Part shown: positions 1-14,580 of the stretch, one piece after another | How the letters are laid out: each line of letters begins with the position of its first letter | Position numbering within the stretch: the stretch's first letter is position 1 | NCBI RefSeq assembly: GCF_004010195.1 | Contig: NC_057750.1 | Coordinates: 14,425,221-14,489,220, forward strand | From: Chiloscyllium plagiosum | Taxonomy: Eukaryota | Length of the DNA stretch: 64,000 bases | Direction: 5' to 3' | Position numbers and translations under genes: made by a program | The notes under the pieces: generated by a model | Told to the model about the DNA's origin: nothing | What the model saw: only the letters and a program-made list of their open reading frames with translations | Database searches by the model: none

Positions 1-565
1 CTTAAAGGTACAGTACACCCACAGCTTTATAACATATGACCACAATGACTCATCCTATGGCAAACCACTGTGGGTGTGCATCTGTTTGGAGCCCTACCAA
101 GCATTATAAAGAGGACATTGAATTTTGCTTAATGTTTTGACTAGATCTAGAGCTGCAATATTATTGTACAAAAAAAAAACAAATTTTATTGAGGGTGTTT
201 AAATCACTGAATGTCAGAGCATTGAGAATCAAAGATAAAGCAGAAAATTATTTTTGTAATGAAATTTGCTGCAAAGAAGTTGTTTGGTAGTCATTGATCA
301 ACAGATTAAAAGTAATTAATTAATATTTATCGAGTAATAACTTGCACTTTATTATTTAGAAATTAGTTCATTTTACAGCAAAGGTAGCATTTGTGTTGAT
401 TTTTAAACAGTGTATTAATGTTAATTAATATGCATTTTGCTGAGAGTTTTCATCACACCTAGTTTATTTCATTTTTTGGTAGTTATAGCAAAGTACATCT
501 TTCCTTTTCAGAAAAATATCTGACCTTCTTTATATTGTGACTTTTGGTTTTGTTTATATTTACAG

Positions 566-653
566 GGCACAGTGGTTAACGGAACCAAACCCTGATGCTG
601 AAGAGCTCTTCAGAATGGTGGGAGACATCTTCATATTGTGGTCAAAGTCACAT
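566..653 (+). CDS. RYR1: RyR1 coding exon (equiv. human exon 68), (R)[29 protein letters not shown]
   Basis: tttacag| acceptor, |gtaggt donor, 88 nt, manual translation matches RyR. Confidence 0.95.
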
Positions 654-1629
654 GTAGGTTATTCAGTTTTCATCAAATCAAAATTATGAGGCTCTACCCA
701 ATGCTAAATTTCTTCATTAACTTATCTCTCTTATGTGTCTTTTACTTATAACTTAATTATGGTATAAAAATAGCATTTAGTATATACAGTGAAGAAATGT
801 CTGTCAGCTTTGAAAAAGTAATATTTTCAAAATTACTCCAGAGCCCTCAGTATGAAGTACTTAAAGCCCACTGGCAAACTCTTTCAGTAATCTTCAGCTT
901 CTGTTCTTCAAACTGTTATTCCAACACAGTACATCTATATAATGATTTGTATGCATATCCCAGAACATGATTTTCCCAAGTTTCATTTGTCCAGGCAATG
1001 AATAATGTTGAAAGGGTTGCTGTTGACAGCTCCTTTTAAATAAACAACATCCAGTGTAACCTGAAGTAAAAGGAATATCAGAAAAGATTCTGAAGTTAAG
1101 TTGAGAAATACAAGTAGAAATTGGGGTACTATATTTTCCAATAATGCAGCTTCTAAAACAACTAATTGCATTTTCCATAAGGCTGTATTTGCTGCGCACA
1201 CAACCACAGGGAGTGCATTCAGAGACGCATTGCCTGTGAAATCATTGTTCGTGATGCCACAGTTTACTGGTTGTTTCAGTAACTAGGGATGGCCCAAACT
1301 ACTACACTGATTCAGTTTCCCTGATTGTTCAGTGAATGAGTACTTCTCATAGAGTGATATTAGCAATAAAATTTGCGTCTAGTGATTTTAAAAAAATGCA
1401 TGTGCCTGGTCCCCACTCCACGTTGCACTGCCATGACTGGTATGCTGATCTGGAGTGGGGGGTAGAGTACCTATGGGCAAAGTGAGTGATAATTCCCAAT
1501 TCCTGGACAATATGGGCACCTTGAGTTCCAGGCCCACATCAATGCCATAAACAGCGCAGAGCTCCTGTCCCAGTGTGTGGCAAGAGATATACCTATTTCC
1601 AAAATAGATCTGTTAAGCCAGTGTAGGAG

Positions 1630-1815
1630 AAAAGTGCTGCAGATGCTCGAATCTGTCCTGAAAATAAAACATGCTGGAGATCACAGCGGGTTAGGCAGCA
1701 TCCATAGAAAGGGAGCAAGCTACCGTTTCGAGTCTACATAACTCTTCATCAGAGCTGAGTGTGAAGGGGGCAGTATATATACAAATAGTTGGCGGGGGGT
1801 GGTGGGTAAGTGTTG
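1630..1815 (-). mobile_element. Penelope-like terminal-repeat fragment with degenerate hammerhead core
   Basis: Minus strand reads agct-CTGATGA-agagt..actc-GAAAC-GGT-agct followed by the ...gatgctgcctaacccgctg...gcatctgcagc tail shared with other copies. Confidence 0.6.
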
Positions 1816-2657
1816 GAATGCTGTTAAGCCAATGGCCTACTCCTGTTCATGATTCCTATGTTATCATGATTGTATTGAAAACTTAACTATATATCATAAG
1901 CATTTTCTGTCAGTTTGGCAGTAGAATTTTATCTATGAATATCCTATCTGAAGCGGTATGACTGCCATTTAGTAGCTTATTTCTATTTAGATTATTTTCC
2001 AATACTTCTGATTATTGATGTCATAGATTCTTGATAATCGTGGTCAGATAATTGAGTCTCTAACTGACAAGCTTGGATGTTTTCCATCTTGAATGTGGGA
2101 GCCACATTTATCCATCCCTAATCGTTAAGCTTTAGACATGGCCACCAATATTTTACAGATGTTTTCCCATATCAAAGTGTTCTGCTTATTGTGTAGTTTC
2201 AACTGTTTTGAGAGATTCTTGGAACTTATAAATAACTGGGGAAACACCAGGATTTAACACTGCACAAACAAGCAAAAAATATGGCTCCTTTATTAAACAA
2301 TGCTGTTGTTCATACAGCTTCATTCTCTGCCTTTATTATGTATATAAACTTTGAGTGAACACTATATATAAATTACTATTTCAAAATAGTACAGCATTAC
2401 AGTCTCAATCCATCTGTCCTAGCACTTACAGATGATCACTCACTACAGCTACACAAAGGTTCTGCTTTACTAACATAAAAGTCCTGAAGGACCCAATTTG
2501 TGGGGTTTGCAATTAGAATATTGTGAGTTGCAAAGCCTCAAAAAGAAATTAATATTTCCTGTTCATCCTCATTTTCAATTCCTTATGGATTTTTAATAGT
2601 TTTTAGGGTAGTTACTGTATTTCAGAGCAAAATGCAAACTAGCAAAGAGCAAACTAA

Positions 2658-2807
2658 AAATAAAAACAAATAGTTCTGAGGAAGGGCCACTGGACCTGAA
2701 ATGTTAACTCTGATTTCTCTTCACAGATGCTACCAGACCTGCTGAGTTTTTCCAGCAATTTCTGCTTTTGTGTCTGACTTACAGCACCGACAGTTCTTTT
2801 GGTTTTT
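2658..2807 (+). mobile_element. Short Penelope-like terminal-repeat insertion
   Basis: agtt-CTGAGGA...GAAATGTT-aact core; flanked by 14-bp direct repeat aaagagcaaactaa (2644-2657, 2808-2821). Confidence 0.7.
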
Positions 2808-3223
2808 AAAGAGCAAACTAAGTCTCATTCAGCCCCATAAACATAATTGACTTCTGGTTTAAAAAAATATGGAAGACTAAGGTAGCATGTTGATCTGATG
2901 AGATAATTAGAGAGTACAGTCACAACACTTTTTTTCCCTTGAATATGCAAGGTTGGGTCCAGCTTTTAGATTGAAGCAGTTACAGTTGTGCTGGCAAGAT
3001 GGACACATAATTAGATAGACTTTGGTATAGATATATCAACAAAATGGAAGTGCAGTTTTACAACTGAACATTTAAGTTTCCTAACAAATTGGTATTACTA
3101 TTGATTTGCTGTAATTGCAGAATCTTTGTATGAAACATATACAAATTATCAGAGCTTGTATAACTGAAACTAGTCCCTAGACATTGTGAGCCAGTTGTAT
3201 AAACTGCCTCTGCTCCTTAATGA

Positions 3224-3355
<132 letters not shown>

Positions 3356-5095
3356 TAGGATTTTGTCTAAACAAGTGACGCAGTGATTTGTAGAAATGTT
3401 TTGGAGATACAATTTGATGTGGTATATTTAACCACAATGTTGAAGTGCAGTACAGAAAGTGATATGTTTAATGCAAGTGATAGGTGTAGCTGAGTGAGAG
3501 GATGTTCATTTGATACATCTTTAAATAAAATCCAATCACTTTTGACGACATGAAATGTCAGTCACCTTGAGGCCAATGATTATACTGTACCTTTTTTCTT
3601 GCGAGTATTAGAATAATACGATATATTTACTTTTTTGAGGCCGCATTCACTCTTTTGTAGATCTTTATTCAGATCAATATCATAAAACACATCCTCGTGT
3701 AAAATCTTCAATTTTGTTTTCTAGGCGTTAAGCTTTTTGCAGTAAAATTAACTTTTCAAATGGTGGCAGTTGATAGAAATTCCAAACTGAGAAGTTGAAG
3801 TGCACACTCATAAACTAATAAAAGATTCAAAACACAATCATAATTGTTTTATAATCCTCCTTCCTAGTCTCTCATTGCTCGTTGCTCCATCTTTTTATTA
3901 TTTTTAGCCTTGTTTTTTTTTAACATAAGCTATTCTAAACATTTAACCAGCTACCAAATCCTCCTGACTACCACTTCCCATTTTAGAGAAGAAACCAAGT
4001 TTCCTTTTCCACAATTGGCCAACAGTCAGTTTTGAGGACTGTTAATTTCAACAAGTTAAAAGTAATTTGACAAATTATTTTGCTCATAATTGTGTTATCT
4101 CGTGGAACTCATTTTTATGTATCAAAACAGAAAGAAACTCTGAAGATCCAGGTAAGGTAAGTATATTTGTAGTGCTGGAGTAATAACAATTATAATCACA
4201 ATCTAAATCTTTCTGAACCTCGAACATGGGACATTAGGAAGTCTGATGTGAGCTGAAGGATGTGAACAATATGAGGTCAAATAATCACAGCTGGAGATTG
4301 TTCTACTTGACATGTCCACACTGGCTCTCTGCAAGAGCAACTCAGCTAATCCAATGCCCTCATCCTTTTCACTTTTCCAACAAGCTTTTTCTTTTCAGAT
4401 AATCCTAGTCCAGCAACAATACCACTGCACCACTTCCCTCCACCCCTAATCATGCAATTATCAGTGCAGGTTGAGAAATATGCCAACAGGTTTAGTAAAG
4501 GTTACCTTTTCCTCCTTCTAAGCTTTTGTTCCTGCTGTGGTTAATAGCATCTGCCCTAAACTGTGCTGCTGTTTGAATATGACGTGAAATTCATCATTAA
4601 TACACTCACTATTGCTGTGCAAATAATCCATGAGTGTCAGGTTCAGAATCTGTATGCTTACTGGGATGACTATATTAATGGGTCACTTACAAATCAACTA
4701 CTGAACTTTTTTACCCTTGGACAGTGCACTGTAATTTACTGCTGTAGAATTAAATAGCTGACAATTCGGCAAGTTTAATATAAGAGATTAACTTGTGTTG
4801 AATTTGAAATTTAGGATATTAATTTAGTTTACATGTTAGGTATGTATGGAATTCAGTTCCTAAACTGATATATTTTACAAGGCCTCAAAGCCAAAACCGT
4901 TTCTGTAAATTTCCGGCTAAAGCTGCTAGTTAGATTTGTGTTATGTATTTCATGCATTCTGTACAGGTTTGATATATTGCCATATTTTACAACACCTATG
5001 CTGTGGTTTGTAAATAAGTAAATTCACTAATAATTTGCTAATTTCATATCTTTTTTCTGGCATATTGATATCTGCGGTCGTGTCTGCCTGAATAG

Positions 5096-5113
5096 GCTGG
5101 AGAGGATGGACAG
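5096..5113 (+). CDS. RYR1: ASI-like alternative micro-exon (equiv. exon 70), AGEDGQ
   Basis: aatag|GCTGGAGAGGATGGACAG|gtcaga; 18 nt, phase 0-0, in the right intron; resembles mammalian AGD(A/I)Q. Confidence 0.7.
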
Positions 5114-5920
5114 GTCAGAGGGCATGATGATATAAATGTGCATCCGCTGTGCAGCTAGCTTCGCACTGCTGATGGCATTCCCCTGGATCTCCTGCTAAGG
5201 CCCTCTGATTAGCCATGCTGTTTTAGTTTCTATCACCAGGCTCTTGGAATTGGGAAGAGTTTTATTGATTTAAATAATAAACCATTATATTTCTAAACAT
5301 TTAGACAGATCAATGTCTGCTGGCATTGGGAAACCAAAAATTGTTATTCAGAAGCCACTGTCTAATTGAGCAATTTCAGACTGGTGACAGAATAGACTAA
5401 GTGTGACTGGCTATATAATGTTAGGCTTAGCTATTAAATTAAGATAGCCATCAGCCACTGGCAAGCAAGTTTAAAAACAGCACTACAAAGAATATCAATA
5501 TTTTTACGTGATTAGAGGAGTTATTAAACCTGTAACGGTCTGCGAAAGCCACTGCAAGTGTTGATAAATGCTTTGGTTGTCAGCTCTAGCATGTTGCTTT
5601 CAGTTGTTAGCAAAATTAGTTTTTGTTTTCAAAATGTGTTCACCTTATAAATGTCTGAGTTAGGAATTAATAACAAAAATAATTATTTATAAATGTACAA
5701 GTAACAAAATAGAAAGTGTCTCATTTAGTAATTAAGGATTGAGGAACTGAAGGGGTGCATCCAAAAACCCAAAGTTTCATTTTTAGTTGAAAATAAAAAA
5801 TACTGGAAATACTCAAAAGTGAGGCCACATCTGTGAAAAAGCAAAGAGTTAATGTTTCAGCTTAATTATCTTTCAATAGAGCATTTGAATTTACAGATAT
5901 TTAAACAACATAAACTGTTT

Positions 5921-6265
5921 GGTGGCACGGTGGCTCAGTAGTTAGTGCTGCTGTCTCTCAGCACCAGGGACCCGGGTTCAATTCCAGCCTCAGGCGACTG
6001 TCTGCGTGGAGTTTACACATTCTCCCCAAAGCTGTGTGGGTTTCCTCCAGGTGCTCCGGTTTCCTCCCACAATCCAAAGATGTGCAGGTTAGGTGAATTG
6101 GCCATGCTAAATTGCCCATAGTGTTCAGGGATGTGTAGGTTGGGTGCATTAGTTGGGGTAAACATAGGGTGGGGGAATGGGTCTGGGTGGGTTACTCTTC
6201 AGAGAGCTGGTGTGGACTTGTTGGGCCGAAAGGCCTGTTTTCACACTGTGGGAATTCCAATTCTA
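5921..6265 (+). mobile_element. tRNA-derived V-SINE (HE1-like), full length
   Basis: A box tggctcagtagtt, B box ggttcaattcc, V-domain gggtttctccaggtgctccggtttcctcccacaatccaaagatgtgc, CR1-like 3' tail. Confidence 0.85.
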
Positions 6266-6357
6266 ATTTATTTCAGTATATTTGCAGTGTTTGTTGATAT
6301 CTTTACCAGCAGAACTTGAAATTTCTTTGGACTAAGTAACGTATAGAGATTGCTGAT

Positions 6358-6920
6358 TTTTTTTCATGGGATGTGGGCTTCACTGGCTAGGCCAGCAATA
6401 ATTGCCCATCCCTAATTGCCCAGGAAGTCACTTGTAGGCCAGACCAGGTGAGAACGCCACTTTCCTTCCGTAACGGATGTTGGTAAACTAGATTTTTTTT
6501 CCAATGATTGGCATTGGTTTCATGTTCTTCATAGGACCTTTTAATTCCAGATTTTTAATTGAATCCAGAATCCCCAAGGAGACGGGATGACCTCATAGTA
6601 GTATCTCTGGACTCTTAATTCAGAAACCCAGGTAGTGTTCTGGGACCCAGGTTTGAATCCTGCATGGCACGTGGTGGAATTTGAATTCAATAAAAGGCAG
6701 CAATTAAAAGTCTAATGATGACCATTAATCCATTGTTGATTGTCAGAAAACCCCATTTGGTTTACTAATGTCCTTTCGGGAAGGAAACTGCCGTCCTTAC
6801 CTGGCCTGACCTACATGTGAATCCAGACCCGCAGCAAATTGGTTCCTCTGGGCAAGTAGGAATGGGCAATAAATGCTGGTCTACCTAGTCATGCCCACAT
6901 CCCAAATACATTTTAAAAAA
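6358..6920. mobile_element. Two copies of a second tRNA-derived SINE family in opposite orientation (minus ~6358-6580, plus ~6580-6920)
   Basis: Shared tail gggcaa..agg.atgggcaat.aatgctgg...cccacatccc on opposite strands; B-box-like ggtttgaatcc in the plus copy. Confidence 0.6.
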
Positions 6921-8332
6921 GAGAATGACCCTATAAAACTCAGGGATCATGTCAAGTATAAGCTCCTGACAGGGAACTATTTTACGAGCCCAAGGACCAA
7001 TCCCACAATCACATCATTGAAAAAGCCAAGCAATATTTTAACCCAGCAAAATTGCATAAGCATCCAGTTTATGTTATGTAGGTCACTATCTAGTCAATGT
7101 CAAAAGAAGGCAGTTATAACTCTCACATTATACAATGTGCATAAGTTACTCTGTGATTTAACCAGCATTCAGCACTTTCCATTGAGCTTCATATTTCTAC
7201 TCCCATTTCTCTTTGTTTTACTCATCCACAAGATATGGGCTTTGCTGACTGCAACAGCATTTATCATCCATCCATATTGCACTTGGGAAGGTGGTGTACA
7301 GCTGCCACCTTGAACCCATTTGATGGATGTACATTGACAATTTGGTTATGCAGGATGATCCAGGAATTTGACTCAGCAACACTGAATTAACGGTAATATA
7401 CTTCCAAGTCAGGAAGGTGAGTGGCTCAGGTGGTGGTCCTTCATCAAAGCAATTCCAAGTGACTCCATTAGTTCACTGGCAGCTCCTTCTATGTGCATAA
7501 GAAAGTCGAGGTGCAGAGATGTTTTAAAATGAGCATGGCCCAATTCTTTGTAAACCTTTGTAAACACTGATCAAGAAAGACCTTTTTTTAACAACCAACT
7601 TTCACCATTGTTAGACTAAAGAACCAGAGGCTATTTATATGATATTGTTAAGCATTAATTTGTAATCTTCTTTATTACTATAAAATGCATGAACATTCCC
7701 TCATTTTTAGATATTTATTCTATTTATTTTTCTGATATTACCCTAAATATGAAATGAGGGTAACTTCTAACAGTAAAGAAAAAAACTTGGATTATAAGTG
7801 AGACAGCCAAATTGTGTTTGTTTATATTGTGCCACTGACACAAGAATTTCAATCCCGCTGTGGGTTTCAATGACCTATAATATAACGATTCACTGCACTT
7901 CACCTAAAAACCAATAGGCCTGTGGTTGCTATCTGTGCATATTGAACACACTGATCATGTTTTCAGAACATTTTCAAAATGTGCCCCAAAAATTATTTGA
8001 GACTTTAACTGCTTGTTGATAGTTCAGATTGCTACAGAATCATTGTTTGTCACTCATTCGCAGTGACTCTTGTAAGCAGATTTTGCCCCATATGTTACAC
8101 AAGTATTTGCCTTCTGCAAAGTTGATATGTCACATTAAGTCTTGATTACATTGTACAGGTTATGAACGCAGATCAGAGTGTTCTTTACAACCTAAGGTTC
8201 TTTGTATACATAGTATGAAGAATAAAAGCGGGAATGGTACATTGATTCCACTAACAGCACCAAGGGGTCGAAGTTGCCCTGTTCTCAGGAGTAGACTTTT
8301 TCCATGTCTCATTTTCTTTAATAACCTAATTT

Positions 8333-8440
8333 TGATTAGATTAGATTCCCTACAGTGTGGAAACAGGCCCTTCGGCCCACAAGTCCACACCAACCCTCCA
8401 AAGAGAAACCCACCCAGACCCATTCCCCTACATTCACCCC
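8333..8440 (-). mobile_element. 3' fragment of HE1-like SINE
   Basis: Reverse complement of ~6160-6265 with (aatct)n tail. Confidence 0.7.
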
Positions 8441-9869
8441 ACAAAATTCTAAAGATTGATCATTGTTCTTCTTGCCACAGCAGCCTACTCAGTCTGAGTT
8501 ACTGGTGAGGATATTAGGGTTGTGGGACCAAATCAGGATGATCAAGTTCGAGACAGATTAGTCACAACCTAATTGACTAGTGGTGGAACAAACACAAAGA
8601 CCTGAATGGCCTTTTCCTGTTCTTTTGTTGGCCAGACATTTCACTCGTGAACATTTTGAAAATAATTTAACACCCACAGTAGGTGGATTAAGGTAGGGTG
8701 GGATATATAGTATTGTAGAAGTCTCAAACCTGACCCTGACCCAACCATTTTTGTGTTTTAATGGGTTTGAGTCAAAGGGTAGCAGTCAACCCATTCCTGC
8801 GAATGGGGAAGCTCACATAACTGTTGTAATGAGGCTAAGAGCCTCACGTTGTCAGCTTAATACTAACCAATTGGATTTCATATACCTTGGGAAATCCTAA
8901 TTCATAAACTGTGTCCACTAGTTCTAGGTTCTTTGACAACAGGAAACATCCTTTCACTATTCATGATCTTATGTGGTTCAAAAAGATCACTTGTCATTCC
9001 ACTGAATATAGACCAAGCCTATTCAACTCTTCTCCATAAACCAACCATTTACTTCTCTGAACAGCTTAAAATACAGTTTTATCCTTTCTTCCATCAGGAC
9101 ACTAAACTGTCTGCAGCATTCCAGACACTGCTTCACTATGGCCCTACATGAATGTGTCTATAATTCCCTACTTTTATAAACCATTCCCCTTGCAAAAATT
9201 GCATTCGTCCATTTACCTTCCTAATAATCTGCTTCACCTGCATATTAACATACTAAATTTTTGTGATTCGTTTATTCTTGATGCTAAATGCCTTTTTTAG
9301 CATTCTGCCTGCAGTTACACGAGCAAGTGTGAACAGTGAAAGGATCATTAACCTTGAGTATGTTTTCCTTCCAACGGGCAGAATGGGTTTTCTATCTTGT
9401 GTGGAGTTTAATTTCACCCAAAGAATGAAGAAGGCAACATTTGGAGAAATTCAGCATCCATTTTACTCAGCCCCTGCAGAATTCCTAAGCCACAAAATCA
9501 GTTGCAAGCTTCCCAGTACAACAGTGCACAATTATTTGTTCTTATTCCTGGTATTGTTCTAGTTTTCCTCAGTGAAGCTAACCATTTCTTATTAGCTTGA
9601 TCTGAATACATCAGATTGGTTCGTATAGTGTCACAAACCCTCTTCTAAATATCTTAATCCAGACCTTGGCCCCAAAGCGCTTTTTTTCCTGTGATTTCAT
9701 ATTGGTGGAAATATCTTTTAAACATGATTTTAAAAATTGCAAATATATTCAGACTTGGAGCGCATCTAAGCTCATTATAGTGCCGTGTAGAAAATAGGTT
9801 ACTGTTTTATTTCTCTAACTATAGAAATTATATAGTGAGAGTGAATTATTTCCTACAACACTCCAGAGA

Positions 9870-10305
9870 CAGCATCTATGATAAAACAGCTCTCTTGATT
9901 GGCACCCAATTCACCACTTTCAGTATTCACTCACTTTACCACTAATGTGCAATGGTAGCAGCCTGTACAATGTACAAGATACAGTGTCAAAGTTTACTAG
10001 GACTCCTTCAACAGCCCCTTCCAAATCTGTGATCTCAACCCCTTAAAGGACTAGGACAGCAGAAGCTTAGGAACACCACCTACAAGTTTTCCTTGAAGCC
10101 ATGCACCATCTTGAGTTGGAACTATATCACTGTTCTTCGACTGCTGCTGTGTCAAAATCCTGGAACTCTCTTTGTACCAGCACTGCGGTGTCCTACGCCC
10201 CAAGAATTGCACGAAGGCAGGTCACCACCCTCTTCTGGACAATAAGGGATGCATGGTAAATGTGGCCCAATTATTGGCACCCGCATCCCCTGAATGAATA
10301 CAACA
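9870..10305 (+). mobile_element. Decayed LINE 3' end sharing its tail with the SINE at 6580-6920
   Basis: Ends ...gacaataagggatgcatggtaaatgtggcc...cccgcatcccctgaatgaata; no intact ORF. Confidence 0.45.
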
Positions 10306-13300
10306 AAAGATGATCACTGGCTTCAGGGTGTTATAATTTTGCTACTTGCCATTAATGACCTATCAAAAAGCAAAATTGGATAAACTACTGTCTAACACTT
10401 CATCTAAATCATGCCAATTACACTGAAATGGCATTGTACAATTGTAGGATAAACAAAGTAAAATAAATGGATGAATATTGTGAAAATACCAGATAGGAAA
10501 TTTAATGCATGTTACTGCATTTCGAGGTCACTATTGCGTAGGATGTTTTGACTCCAAATTATGTTTATTTTTGAGAAAGATTAATTGCAAAAAAAAGCTC
10601 AATGAAAAGTTGAAAAGGCCAAACTTTTAGTGCTTTTAAATCTGTGTAAGATCTACATTAATTGAATATGTTGGCTTCTATTTTACATGCAATTATATTT
10701 AAACTATGTCATTAAATTTTACAAATTAGGGTTTACATCATGGCATGCTATATTGATATTCCTGACAGTGAAAATGCTTTCTGAATGCCATTCATCACAA
10801 CAGTAAGCTGCAATAATGATGATCCGTGTGAAAAGGCACAAAGATATTGAGTTCGGAACCCATAATTAGCATTCCAAGTAGGACAAAGTGTGTTTAGTTA
10901 CAGAGAAAAAAACAAGATTTTAAAGATCCCTAATAATGTAGTTAACACTCAATAACAAACTTGAAATTCATAGATCACACAAAATGAGTGATAGAGATTT
11001 GAGAGCAATTTAAGCTTGACTTGCCTTTTATATTATTGATTATCTGATTGTTTAATACCTTCTTTGAGTATGAGCTTTCTTTGAGTAAATACTGCAAATT
11101 TGCTGTATAAACCACAGCATCCTCAATTTGGGTTAAAACCAAGATGCAAAGCATTATATAAATAATGTTCAAGTATTTCCCAACTGAAGGAAGCAAGCCT
11201 GAACTGCTGATTGCACCTTAATGACGAATGCTTAAAAACTCGTGACGTTGGGAATTGCTGTATTGTTTAATTTCCAAACAAACTAATTAAATATTAGTGT
11301 CATAATTGTACATTTAATCATGTAAGGTGCTTCAGGAAAAGTGTAGAATCATTATATATACAATATAAAATACTGCAGTTGACTCCCAGTTTAGCTACCA
11401 TGTTTAGACTGAATAAAGTTATGCCTTTTGCTGGGGTAAATGCTTTAGGTGTTGGAGAGCTTGACCTGATGTATACATAGTGATATTTGAAGAGTGCTAC
11501 TTAGTTTATGTGGTTAAATGTACTTTAAAAGAGTCAGCACTACTTTACCTTTTAAATCTACAATATAACACACAAAAGGTTTATGGATCACTAAACCAAA
11601 CTTAATAAATTCATTAACATCAGTTTTTACATATATAATTACCAAGAAAAAGTGGACTAAGCAAACTTTAAATGAACGGCATGTTTGAACCTTCAGTTCT
11701 CAGTTTGGCTGCATTATTTTCGATTGCAATTCCAAAGTACACAGGGTAAAATTGATCTGTGGCAGTTGCAACATAAGAGTTCTAATGAACCAGCAGTCTC
11801 TTTATTTTTGTTACTTGGAATTCATGGCACAGAAAAGGGCCATTTGGCTTGACCAATCCATAGCAGGTGAAGGTGGTGTTGAAGAGATAAGGATCTGAAG
11901 CAGGGTCTTAAAAATGATGCTGATTTCCTGTTTTGCACTGCCATTAGACACTAATTCACCCCCATAGTTCATCAACAAACTATTTGGTTTTCAAACTAAA
12001 TAACAACTTTAATCCTATCATTGTTCTTTACTAAATTTGATATATTTGCAGACATAGTCTTATTTAGCCAAAACTTCAATCTTAATAGCAACACTTTCAA
12101 TAATGATATAATTGTTGCACAGTCAGTGTTTTATCCTAATTAGGTCAATGTTTGTGCATGGAAATATTTTTCTTAATTTTTTTTAAAATGAAATATAAAA
12201 CCACAGTTTAATTCTACCATAAAAGACAATGCTGAAATGCAAATCTGTTAGCATCTAAAAAGGGAAGTTGGGTAGCTGACCTCTTGTCCATTTTTTTTGT
12301 TTTCTGTTTTTCCTTCACATTTCCAGTGTTTGTGTTTCCTTGCCATAATTACAGAGCATTTGGGGAGTTGTAACAGAGGGTAAGATATGTAACATCTTAT
12401 TGGTACTGCAGTCCAACCACCCAGTATTTTAACTGGGCCTGAGGAGGGATCCCTTCATTCAGGCAGCATTATTCAGATCCCCCATTATTTTAATCCCAAG
12501 ATTTGTATACAGTGACAATCACGCTGGGAAACCTGGTATCAAGAGAATTGAGGGCTGGTTATAGCTGAGCAAAGTAAACTGTGGTATATTTTAATTAGTT
12601 TATTTGCAGGTAGAAAGAAGGTGAAGTATTTCCACTAAGCCCAACAAGAAAAGCTTGAGGCTGGCCCTGGCCCTGGTATCTTCCCCTTTTCTGGTTATAA
12701 TGACCTTTCACTAACCTGGTCATTGCTACCAGGTCCAGGCAGACAGCTCTCCTGAAAAATAATAACTAGGACCAGACACCTAAAGTTGTCAACATGCCCA
12801 TACACATGTAGCACGTTTTGCACCCTTTGTGCTGTATTATTCTCTAAGATAAAATCAGCCCAAATGACGTGAGAATTAAAAAGCAATAATGATGTGAACT
12901 AACACAGCCTGGGCTTGTTGAGATCAATAAGGCCATTGGTTTGACTTCCCAGAGGAAGCCAGTTTTAAAAATAATACACAGTGGTACTTGGAAGTGACCG
13001 TACTGTTTGTACTGATCCTCCATTTTGATGTATGCAAGTTTAGTCCAGAACAGTCCATGTCATTCAGCAGTTTTATTGGTTTTTTCCTTCTGGATTTTAT
13101 ATATCAACCTCAGTCCTAACTCCACACACATTTGGGTAGCAAGGTGGGTTGGAAACATCTGCAGAAATTATGCTTCGGCTATTTGAATTATTTAAGGCCA
13201 TAATCACCGAGACAGAGTTAATGAACCTGGCCTATGATTGGCTGACTGAACATTTCTAGAAGTGAATTGAGACCAAGTGAGAACCTGCAGCACCACTCAG

Positions 13301-14580
13301 GGCAGAAGTGGACCACCTCTAGGAGACCACAAAAAATAAATTTCTTTTCAGGGACCAGGAGAAGCAGAACACCTCCTAGCTGCACAAGGAGCTATCTTTA
13401 TTAAAATAAGCTGGAAATAAGTACTGAGAGGTGACTGCTGACCAGTCGAAATTCAGTTAGGCCATAACTACAATTTGGCCTATTGGTTGTAGCTGAGAGG
13501 ACATGTTACAGCGGTCCTGTGTTCAGGAATGGAAGGGTAGGGAATTCTTCCTTGTAGAGCTTGAAGGAGTTCAGCTTGTTATGGTCCCAGAAAGGAAATA
13601 TACTACTTGTGGTCCATTCTGCAGCTGCTTCTCTTACCTGAATTGCAGAAAAGCTGCAGCAGGTTCCCCACTTACGTCTAATTTATTTCTAATTCTGTTC
13701 AGTTAGCCAATCTGGGCCCAGGTTTAATAATTATGTCTTGATGCTCATGGCCTTAAGCAGTTAAGAGTTGTTGCTGCAGTTAATTTCCACTGATCTCCAC
13801 TGGAGATATAATCATCAAATGAGAACTGGTTCAGGCTCAGCTATTGTACATTTATACATTGAGTAGATCAAGAGGAAAACAACAGAGGAAAAGGTTAGTC
13901 TCCTCTCCTGGGCAAAGTTGCAGGTGTTTAAAGTCCATGTTATGCCAATAATCATGAGTGAATGCATGTATGGCATTGTGTGTATAAACAGGGTTTCAGA
14001 TAGGAGACTGCAGCTGACTTTAGGTTTATTTTGGAACCTTCCATTTCTTTTCAGGTTTGTGAATAATCTCGTGACAAATTTATTTTTGTTAATTAACAGC
14101 TGACTGTATTTATGATTTGAATTCTTATCTTAGATATCTATTATATGGGCATTATTGTTATGATTGCAGTCACTGTGAAGGATATTTTCCAATCATTAAG
14201 GTAAAGATGTTACACCCAGATGAAAACATCACCAATAGCTGTGATTCCCAAAGCATTTTAATCCCAAATAAACCTATAAAATACATAGACTATCGTACCA
14301 GATAATGGTTGGTTATTGCACTTGAATGTTCAGAAGTTGAAGGATAACAACATTAATGAAAGGGTAACCAGCATTGATGTAATGTCCTGTATATTTCATT
14401 TTGAGAGTGACACCTATTGGAGATGTTTCATAAGAATATAGTTGTGTGCACAGGCAGTTCTTTTTGATAACATACTTTTGCACCTGCAACTTCGGATGTG
14501 CACCTAATCTGTTAGCCAACTAATGATGCTGCACATAATTTGAATGTGATTTTGTAAACCATTTTCACTGTTAACTTCAG

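Noticed and set aside
5921..5995. tRNA gene
   Set aside because: A and B boxes are the head of a SINE; no cloverleaf, and it continues into the SINE body.
11743..11963. Possible MITE with imperfect terminal inverted repeats
   Set aside because: Arms too diverged to support a call by eye.
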